Positions 9,112-15,863 of a stretch of 64,000 bases of DNA are shown one piece after another; the first letter of the stretch is position 1; each line of letters opens with the position of its first letter. Below the pieces are notes generated by a model. It was not told the DNA's origin, made no database searches, and saw only the letters and a program-made list of their open reading frames with translations. The DNA is from Chloroflexota bacterium (lineage in GTDB: Bacteria > Chloroflexota > Limnocylindria > Limnocylindrales > CSP1-4): assembly GCA_021813655.1 (NCBI GenBank), contig JAKAJU010000072.1, positions 853 through 64,852 on the forward strand, given 5' to 3'. The position numbers and the translations under genes were made by a program.

Positions 9112-10095
9112 ATGAAGGCCAGCGTCTATCACGCGCCTGGAGGTCCAGGGGTCCTCCGATACGAGGACGTGCCGGACCCCGTGACCGGCGAGGCGGAGAT
9201 CCTCGTCCGGATCGAGGCGATCAGCCTCGAGGGCGGCGACCGCGGCCACCGGGCCGGTGACCCCTCGCTCGCTGCCCCGGCCGGCGTCGGCTACCAGTGC
9301 GCCGGCACCGTCGTGGCGGTCGGCGGCGGGGTCACCCGGTTCCACGAGGGCGACAGGGTGGTGACCATCGGGGAGTCGGGGTCGCACGCCGAGCTCCGCG
9401 CCGTGGCCGAAAGGACGGCCTGGCGAATCCCGGCCGGTCTGTCGACGGATCGGGCGGCGTGCGTTCCGATCCCGTTCGGCACCGCCGACGACTCGCTCTT
9501 CGAGTACGGCCGGCTCGCGGCCGGCGAGACCGTCCTCATCCACGCGGGGGCGGGCGGCGTGGGGCTGGCCGCCATCCAGCTCGCCGGGCGGGCCGGGGCG
9601 CGGGTGATCGTGACCGCGTCGGGCGAGGGCAGGCTCGCCCGCCTGGCGGACTTCGGGGCGGCGCGGGGCATCGCCATCGAGGGGATCGACCACGTGACGT
9701 CGGACTTCGTCACCGAGGTCCGACGCCTCACCGGCGGTCACGGCGCGGACGTGGTCCTCAACACGCTCGGCAGCGTGACCCTGCGCGGCAGTCTCGCGGC
9801 GCTTGCCATCGGCGGGCGCTGCGTGACGATCCGCGACTTCGCGGGCCTGACCGCCCAGGGCGTCGACGCGGCCGCGCTGAAGGCCAGGGGCCAGGTCCTG
9901 GTCGCGTACTACCTGGGCGCGGAGATGGCCCGTGGCCCCCGCCTGTACCGGCTCGTCGGGCGACACCTCGCGGACGTCGCGGAGGGTCGGCTCGACGTCA
10001 TCATCGACCGCACGTTCCCGCTGTCAGAGGCGGCGGCAGCCCACGCCTACGTCGAGGAGCGCCGCGCCTTCGGGCGGGTCCTGCTCGTGCCATGA
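9112..10095 (+). CDS. NADPH:quinone oxidoreductase / zinc-type alcohol dehydrogenase family (MDR)
   Basis: MKASVYHAPGGPGVLRYEDVPDP..., with a GAGGVG Rossmann motif. RBS GGAGG precedes it. Confidence 0.85.
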   Translation: MKASVYHAPGGPGVLRYEDVPDPVTGEAEILVRIEAISLEGGDRGHRAGDPSLAAPAGVGYQCAGTVVAVGGGVTRFHEGDRVVTIGESGSHAELRAVAERTAWRIPAGLSTDRAACVPIPFGTADDSLFEYGRLAAGETVLIHAGAGGVGLAAIQLAGRAGARVIVTASGEGRLARLADFGAARGIAIEGIDHVTSDFVTEVRRLTGGHGADVVLNTLGSVTLRGSLAALAIGGRCVTIRDFAGLTAQGVDAAALKARGQVLVAYYLGAEMARGPRLYRLVGRHLADVAEGRLDVIIDRTFPLSEAAAAHAYVEERRAFGRVLLVP

Positions 10096-10664
10096 GTCGC
10101 GTGCGGCTCGCGCGGCGTGTCCGGTCCGCCGCCTGCGGTGGGTCGTCGGGCTTCGCGCGACTCGCGCGCCTCACCTGAGGCCGCGCCGCCCAGGAGGCGC
10201 TCGACGATCACGACGTCTCGCCATCTCCCATCGAGCCGGGCGTGGCGCCGGTAGACGCCGACCTCACGGAAGCCGACGCGCGCGAGGAGCCGCCGGCTGG
10301 CGGCGTTCTCGACGAATGCGCGCGAGAGGAGCTTCCACAATCCGGCCGACTCCGCCGCGGCGATGAGGGCCTCCATCACCTCGCGGCCGACGCCCTGGCC
10401 ACGGTGCTCGCGGGCCACGTAGACACCGAACTCGGCGACGCCCGCGTAGCACTCGCGCTGCCGATAGGCGGTCGTCTCGGCGAACGCGATGACCGCGCCG
10501 TCGCGCTCCGCGACGACGATCGGGTGGATGCCGTCGAACCACGCGAGCACGTCGTCGGGGGTCCGCGGCCGCGTCTCGAAGGTGGCGCTGCGGTCCTCGA
10601 TCCCCTCGTTGTAGATCCGGGCGATCGCGGCGGCGTCGGCGGGCGTCGCCAGGCGGGTGCTCAT
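10047..10664 (-). CDS. phosphinothricin/methionine-sulfoximine N-acetyltransferase-family GNAT (ArsN1-like, candidate arsinothricin acetyltransferase)
   Basis: PAT-family signature: IYNEGIEDRSATFE, RGQGVGREVMEALI, VGFREVGVYRRHARLDGRWRDVVIVERLL. It sits next to arsR-arsP and its 3' end overlaps the convergent QOR gene by 49 bp. Confidence 0.7.
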   Translation of the reverse strand: MSTRLATPADAAAIARIYNEGIEDRSATFETRPRTPDDVLAWFDGIHPIVVAERDGAVIAFAETTAYRQRECYAGVAEFGVYVAREHRGQGVGREVMEALIAAAESAGLWKLLSRAFVENAASRRLLARVGFREVGVYRRHARLDGRWRDVVIVERLLGGAASGEARESREARRPTAGGGPDTPREPHATHGTSRTRPKARRSST

Positions 10665-10802
10665 GACGGGCTGGAGTCTAGCGGCCGTCCATCGGGGCCG
10701 CCCGCCGTCCATCGCGGGCGCCTGTCGGTGCCAACCAGCCCGCCCGTCGGTGCCATTCGGCCCTCATATACATCAGCGCGGATTGACACACTCCCGGCTG
10801 AG

Positions 10803-11141
10803 ATGTCCGCCCGCGGCTCCGTCCTGCCGATCCTCCCGACGCCTCGGCTCGACCTGCCCGCACCCGATGTCACCGCACCCGTCGGGCTCGCGGCGCTCAT
10901 CGCGGATCCGACCCGCGCAGGCATCCTGGCGATGCTCCGAAGCGGTCCGCACTGCGTCTGCGAGATGGCCGCCGCCCTCGGCGAGCGTCAGAACAACGTC
11001 TCGATGCATCTCGCGCGCCTCCGCGATGCGGGGCTCGTCCGCGCGAGCCGCCACGACGCCGACGCGCGCTGGGTCTACTACGAGCGCGACGAGGAGGCCT
11101 GCGCTGCGGCCGCCACCGCGCTCGACGGACTCCTCCGATGA
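10803..11141 (+). CDS. arsR: ArsR/SmtB-family metalloregulator
   Basis: HTH with a CVCE motif (GPHCVCEMAAAL). Its stop overlaps the arsP ATG (ATGA). Confidence 0.85.
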   Translation: MSARGSVLPILPTPRLDLPAPDVTAPVGLAALIADPTRAGILAMLRSGPHCVCEMAAALGERQNNVSMHLARLRDAGLVRASRHDADARWVYYERDEEACAAAATALDGLLR

Positions 11142-12187
11142 CGACCCTGGCGGTTCGCCGGACCGGGTTCCCGTTCTGGCTCGGTGTGGCGGCAGCTGTC
11201 GCCGCGTGGCTCGTCGCGTGGCTCGTCGCCGCCCCTCTCGCGCTCTGGGTCACCTTCGAGCTCCTCCCCTTCGACGTCGGCACGCCCCTCGGCGACGCCG
11301 TGGCGTTCTTCCTCTACGACGTTCCCAAGGTCCTCCTCCTGCTCCTCGGGATCGTCACCGTCGTCACGCTCGTCCGTGGCTTCTTCCCGCCGGAGAAGGT
11401 GCGCGGCGCGCTCGTGGGGCGCGGAGAGGTCGTCGGTACCGTCGGTGCCGCCGGGCTCGGGATCGTCACGCCGTTCTGCTCCTGCTCTGCGGTGCCCCTG
11501 TTCATCGGCTTCGTGGAGGCGGGCGTGCCCCTGGGCGTGACGTTCGCGTTCCTCATCAGCAGCCCGATGGTCAACGAGGTCGCGCTCGTCCTCCTGTGGG
11601 GCCTGTTCGGTCCGACGGTCGCGCTCGTGTACATGGTCGCGGGCCTGTCGGTCGCGATCGTCGGCGGCCTCGTCATCGGCCGGCTGCACATGGAGCGCTA
11701 CGTCGCGGACTACGTCTGGGAGCTGCAGGGTGCCGGCACCGGCGCCTCGCTCGAGATCAAGCTCACGTGGGAGGACCGGGTTCGCGACGCCTGGGCATAC
11801 ACGGAGGGACTCGTCAAGCGGATCCTGCCGTACATCCTCGTGGGCATCGGCGTCGGCGCCTTCATCCACGGCTTCGTGCCGGCGGACCTCGTCATGGCGG
11901 TCGCGGGACCGGGCAACCCGCTCGCGGTCCCGATCGTCGTCCTCCTCGGTGTCCCGCTCTACTCGAACGCCGCGGGGACGATCCCGATCGTCCAGGCGCT
12001 CCTCGGCAAGGGGATGGCGGTGGGCACGACGCTCGCATTCATGATGGCGACCACCGCGATCAGCCTGCCCGAGCTGATCATCCTCAGGAACGTGATGAAG
12101 ACCCGCCTGCTCGCCGTCTTCGTCGCGATCGTGACCGCGGGGATCCTCTTCGTCGGCTACCTCTTCAACGTCCTCATCTACACCTGA
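11138..12187 (+). CDS. arsP: ArsP-type organoarsenical efflux permease (DUF318 permease family)
   Basis: Multi-TM protein with the TPFCSCS motif (GIVTPFCSCSAVPLF) characteristic of ArsP. Confidence 0.8.
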   Translation: MTTLAVRRTGFPFWLGVAAAVAAWLVAWLVAAPLALWVTFELLPFDVGTPLGDAVAFFLYDVPKVLLLLLGIVTVVTLVRGFFPPEKVRGALVGRGEVVGTVGAAGLGIVTPFCSCSAVPLFIGFVEAGVPLGVTFAFLISSPMVNEVALVLLWGLFGPTVALVYMVAGLSVAIVGGLVIGRLHMERYVADYVWELQGAGTGASLEIKLTWEDRVRDAWAYTEGLVKRILPYILVGIGVGAFIHGFVPADLVMAVAGPGNPLAVPIVVLLGVPLYSNAAGTIPIVQALLGKGMAVGTTLAFMMATTAISLPELIILRNVMKTRLLAVFVAIVTAGILFVGYLFNVLIYT

Positions 12188-12225
12188 GACACGCCGCGTC
12201 CGTCCACACGAAGGAGCCAGACAGC

Positions 12226-12474
12226 ATGAAGACGATCGAGGTCCTCGGACCCGGCTGCAGCAACTGCCAGCGCCTCGAGAAGAACGCCCGCGAGGCCGTC
12301 GCGATGGCCGGCGTCGAGGCGGAGGTGGTCCACGTGACCGATCCGCGCGAGATCGTCGCGCACGGGATCCTGTCCACCCCCGGCCTGATCATCGACGGGA
12401 AGATCCGCTCCTATGGACGGGTCCCGTCCGCCGGCGACATCGCGGTCTGGCTCTCCGACGCCCGAGGCGCTTGA
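12226..12474 (+). CDS. thioredoxin-like small redox-active disulfide protein
   Basis: 82 aa, MKTIEVLGPGCSNCQRLEKNAREA..., with a CxxC. RBS AAGGAG precedes it. Typical companion of permease genes in ars clusters. Confidence 0.75.
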   Translation: MKTIEVLGPGCSNCQRLEKNAREAVAMAGVEAEVVHVTDPREIVAHGILSTPGLIIDGKIRSYGRVPSAGDIAVWLSDARGA

Positions 12475-12548
12475 CCTTGAACCAGAGTGAACCTGCAGGA
12501 TGCTGACCTGACCCCGACCGAGACCACCGACTCGATGGGAGACGACCG

Positions 12549-13640
12549 ATGACCCGACTCCTCGCGCGCCTGGAGGACTTCCGGCTCCTGCCCGTCTTCG
12601 TCATCGTGAGCATGGCGATCGGGATCCTCATCGGGAACGCCCTGTCGATCTCGGACTTCACGCTCACGCCGCCGATCGACGCGCTCAAGTCGATCGCCGC
12701 GGGGACGTTCGAGCCGACGGTGCCCGCCCTGATCAGCCTCGGCGTCCCGCTCGGCCTGTTCGCGATGATGTACCCGGCCATGACGAACGTCCGCGTGACG
12801 GAGGTGGGACGGGCCGTCCGCTCTCCGCGCCAGCTCGGCGTCGTGCTCGTCGCGAACTACCTCGTCGCGCCGTTCTTCATGCTCCTGCTCGCGAACGTCT
12901 TCGTGGCGGACCCGGAGCTGCGGACGGGCCTCATCCTCTACGGCCTGGCGCCCTGCATCGCGATGGTGATCATCTTCACCTACCTCGCGAAGGGGAACGT
13001 CCCGATGGCGCTCGTCTTCGTGGCGCTCAACTCGGTCGTCCAGATGCTCCTCATCCCTGTCTACGCACGCCTGCTCATCGGCGATGTGAGCTTCGACGTC
13101 TGGGTCGTCGCGGAGAGCGTCGTCCTCTACCTCGGGCTGCCCCTCGTCGCGGGCGTCCTCACCCGCCAGACGGTCGTGCGGCGGGGCGGCGAGGAGGCGA
13201 TGGAGCGCCTGAAGCCCGGCCTGAACGCACTGTCGATCCTCGGCCTGCTCTTCACGCTCATCGTCATGTTCGCCCTGAAGGGCGACCTGATCCTCCAGCG
13301 CCCCCAGATCGTCCTCGAGATGGCGATCCCGATGGCGATCTTCTTCCTGGTCATGTTCGCCGTCGTCTACCTCGTCGGTGCGCGCCTCCGCTTCCCGTAC
13401 GAGGACGCCGTCGCGGTCGCGTTCAACTCGACCGGGCGCGACTTCGAGATCGCGATCGCCATCGCGATCACCGCGTTCAGCCCCACCGTCGCGCTGGCGA
13501 CCGTCGTGGGCCCCCTCATCGAGGTCCCGGTCATGCTCGCGCTGGTGTGGGGGGCGATGCGCCTCCGACCGCGACTCTTCGGCGGCTCTGAGCCGGCCGG
13601 CGCGCCGGTGACGGGCGGTGCGGCGCTCAGCGCGAAGTAG
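12549..13640 (+). CDS. acr3: ACR3-family arsenite efflux transporter
   Basis: 363-aa polytopic protein with BASS/ACR3 fold motifs (LGLFAMMYPAMTNV, GLAPCIAMVIIFT). Confidence 0.9.
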   Translation: MTRLLARLEDFRLLPVFVIVSMAIGILIGNALSISDFTLTPPIDALKSIAAGTFEPTVPALISLGVPLGLFAMMYPAMTNVRVTEVGRAVRSPRQLGVVLVANYLVAPFFMLLLANVFVADPELRTGLILYGLAPCIAMVIIFTYLAKGNVPMALVFVALNSVVQMLLIPVYARLLIGDVSFDVWVVAESVVLYLGLPLVAGVLTRQTVVRRGGEEAMERLKPGLNALSILGLLFTLIVMFALKGDLILQRPQIVLEMAIPMAIFFLVMFAVVYLVGARLRFPYEDAVAVAFNSTGRDFEIAIAIAITAFSPTVALATVVGPLIEVPVMLALVWGAMRLRPRLFGGSEPAGAPVTGGAALSAK

Positions 13641-13643
13641 CGG

Positions 13644-13681
13644 GCTCGTCCGCGCCGGCGGACCGCGCGACGCGGACGAGC
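13644..13681. terminator. inverted repeat GCTCGTCCGCG / CGCGGACGAGC between convergent acr3 and arsM
   Basis: 11-bp perfect arms with a GC-rich 16-nt loop. No U-tract follows. Confidence 0.35.
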
Positions 13682-13688
13682 GGGCAGA

Positions 13689-14492
13689 TCAGCAGGAGCC
13701 GTCCCCGCCGCAGCAGCCGCCGCTGGCCGTCTGGTCCCGGGCAGCCAGGTCGACGACGGGCCGCGCGTCGGTCGGCTTCGTGGCCTTGACGATCGCGCTG
13801 ATCATGCCGTCGGTGACTGTCTGGGTCGGCGTGATCGAGATGTCGACCATGCCGGCGGACTCGAGGCCGGCGCGATACTCCGCGAACGACAGCGCCCCGG
13901 CGATGCACCCGGCATACGATCCCCGCTCCGCCCGCTCCTCCGCCGACAGCCTGTCCTCCGCGACGATGTCGGCGATCCCGATCCGGCCGCCGGGACGCAG
14001 GACCCTGCCGATCTCCCGGAAGACCGCCGGCTTGTCCGCCGCGAGATTCACGACGCAGTTGCTGATCACGACGTCGATCAAGTCGGCAGGCAGCGGGATC
14101 GCCTCGATGTGGCCCTTGAGGAACTCGACGTTCGTCGCGCCCGCCTCGGCTGCGTTGCGCTGGGCGAGCGCGAGCATCTCGTCGGTCATGTCGAGGCCGA
14201 ACGCCCGCCCGGTCGGACCGACGCGCTTCGCCGAGAGCAGGACGTCGATCCCGCCGCCGGACCCGAGGTCGAGGACGCGCTCTCCCTCGCGGAGCTCGGC
14301 GACCGCCGTCGGGTTGCCGCAGCCGAGCGACGCCAGCACGGCCGCATCCGGAAGGTCCTGCTGCTCCAGCACGGTGTACAGCGACGCGCCGACCGCTTCG
14401 GGAGCACGGGTGGCCGACGCGCCCTCGGCTGCCCTGACGGCCGCCGCACTGTAGTGAGCGCGTACCTCTTCGCGGATCGCGTCGGTCGTCAA
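13689..14492 (-). CDS. arsM: arsenite S-adenosylmethionine methyltransferase
   Basis: Class I SAM-MTase motifs (VLDLGSGGGIDV) plus ArsM-type Cys residues, including a C-terminal Cys cluster. Probable TTG start at 14492 with RBS AGGAG; the track ORF extends to 14615. Confidence 0.8.
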   Translation of the reverse strand: MTTDAIREEVRAHYSAAAVRAAEGASATRAPEAVGASLYTVLEQQDLPDAAVLASLGCGNPTAVAELREGERVLDLGSGGGIDVLLSAKRVGPTGRAFGLDMTDEMLALAQRNAAEAGATNVEFLKGHIEAIPLPADLIDVVISNCVVNLAADKPAVFREIGRVLRPGGRIGIADIVAEDRLSAEERAERGSYAGCIAGALSFAEYRAGLESAGMVDISITPTQTVTDGMISAIVKATKPTDARPVVDLAARDQTASGGCCGGDGSC

Positions 14493-14511
14493 CGCATCTC
14501 CTGTCGGATGT

Positions 14512-14551
14512 GGTATCGAGACTTGACTATATCGAATGCCATCAATACCAT
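14512..14551. promoter_or_regulatory. arsR2 promoter (TTGACT 14523-14528, 17-nt spacer, TACCAT 14546-14551; leaderless ATG at 14558) overlapping the inverted repeat GGTATCGA...TCAATACC
   Basis: Read directly in the divergent arsM/arsR2 intergenic region. Confidence 0.45.
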
Positions 14552-14557
14552 CGGGCG

Positions 14558-14902
14558 ATGAAGCGCCAGACCGACCCGGACATCCTGCTCCTCCAGGGTG
14601 CGGCCGACCCGACACGGCTCGCGATCCTCCGGCGCCTGAGCAGCGAGGGCGAGGTCTGTGCCTGCGAGTTCACGTCGTGCTGCGGCGTGAGCCAGCCGAC
14701 GACCTCGCATCACCTCAAGGTGCTCCGGGAGACCGGATGGGTCGACGCGGAGCGTCGCGGGTCCTGGGTCTACTACAGCCTCCGCCCAGCGGCCGTGGCA
14801 AGCCTGCGGGCGCTCGTGGGCACGATCGAACCGGTCGCCGTCAGCCCGGTCAGGGCCACGACCGCGAGCCGCCGGCTCTCCGTCGTCCAGGCGACGGCCT
14901 GA
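14558..14902 (+). CDS. arsR: ArsR/SmtB-family metalloregulator (second copy)
   Basis: MKRQTDPDILLLQGAADPTRLAILRRL.. EVCACEF: As(III)-type Cys pair in the HTH. Confidence 0.85.
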   Translation: MKRQTDPDILLLQGAADPTRLAILRRLSSEGEVCACEFTSCCGVSQPTTSHHLKVLRETGWVDAERRGSWVYYSLRPAAVASLRALVGTIEPVAVSPVRATTASRRLSVVQATA

Positions 14903-14941
14903 CGACCCGCGACGACGTCGATCCCGGCCGGGAACTTCCGG

Positions 14942-15778
14942 TCAGGAGGGCGTGGCCCCCGCGCCAGCCCGGCGCGCCACCTCGATGAACGGGCGGATCC
15001 GCGCGGTCAGCTCCATCACGGTGCGCTCGAAGGCCGCGAGCTTGTCCTCGTCCGTTCCCGTGACCTCAGCCGGATCGTCGAGGCCCCAGTGGAGCGCGTC
15101 GTGCTCGCCCGGGAAGACCGGGCACGCCTGGCGGGCGCGGTCGCACACGGTGATCACGTAATCCCAGGGCTCGCCGACGAACTCCGTCACCGACGTCGAG
15201 CGCGCCCCCGACCAGTCGATCCCGACGGCGGCGAGCGCGCGGATCGTGTACGGGTTCACGCCCGCGGGCTCAGTGCCGGCCGATCGCACCTCGAACGCGG
15301 CGCCACCGAATCGGCCGAGGAGCGCCTCGGCCATCTGGCTCCGAGCGGAGTTGCCCGTGCAGACGAAGAGCACCCGGATCGGGCGGTCGGACATCGTCGC
15401 GTCTCCCGTGGCGCGGCCGGCGGCCGCGATCGTCTCCTCCAGGTCGGCGAGCTCGGCCTCGAGGCGGTCGAGCTCCTCGCGCCGGGCCGCGATCGTCGCG
15501 CGCTGCGCCGCGATGAGCGGTGCCAGGTCCAGGTCGGGCGCGCCACGCTCGACGCACAGCGCCGCGAGCCGCCCGGCATCCTGCGGGGGAAGCCCCAGCC
15601 GCCGCAGCGCCACGACGACCCGCAGTCGGGCGAGGTCGTCGTCGGTGTACTCGCGATACCCGTTCGCCTCGCGTCGAGCGAGCGGCAGCACGCCTGCCGC
15701 CTCGTAGAAGCGGACGGCGGATGCGGCCACCCCGGAGCGTCTGGCCAGCTCGGAGACCTTCACGGCCCGACCGTACAC
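14942..15778 (-). CDS. arsC: MerR-family HTH domain fused to low-molecular-weight phosphatase-type arsenate reductase (ArsC, LMWP family)
   Basis: N-terminal VKVSELARRSGVAASAVRFYE (MerR HTH plus coiled coil). C-terminal VLFVCTGNSARSQMAE (CX5R P-loop of LMW-PTP ArsC). One continuous frame. Confidence 0.8.
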   Translation of the reverse strand: MYGRAVKVSELARRSGVAASAVRFYEAAGVLPLARREANGYREYTDDDLARLRVVVALRRLGLPPQDAGRLAALCVERGAPDLDLAPLIAAQRATIAARREELDRLEAELADLEETIAAAGRATGDATMSDRPIRVLFVCTGNSARSQMAEALLGRFGGAAFEVRSAGTEPAGVNPYTIRALAAVGIDWSGARSTSVTEFVGEPWDYVITVCDRARQACPVFPGEHDALHWGLDDPAEVTGTDEDKLAAFERTVMELTARIRPFIEVARRAGAGATPS

Positions 15779-15796
15779 CTTCGAGTCACTCGAAGG
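15778..15796. promoter_or_regulatory. 19-bp perfect palindrome CCTTCGAGT(C)ACTCGAAGG abutting the merR-arsC start
   Basis: Read directly. Odd-centred dyad immediately 5' of the GTG at 15778. Confidence 0.4.
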
Positions 15797-15863
15797 TCAA
15801 GGGGTGGCAGGCGGCGGCGGGGGTGTGAGGCGACCGCGCTCGCGCACGTGGGCCGCGCGATCG

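Noticed and set aside
12174-12392. Small ORFs overlapping the ars genes, such as 12174..12392 (-) and 12178..12363 (-).
   Set aside because: They are antisense to the thioredoxin-like gene, lack an RBS, and have low-complexity products.
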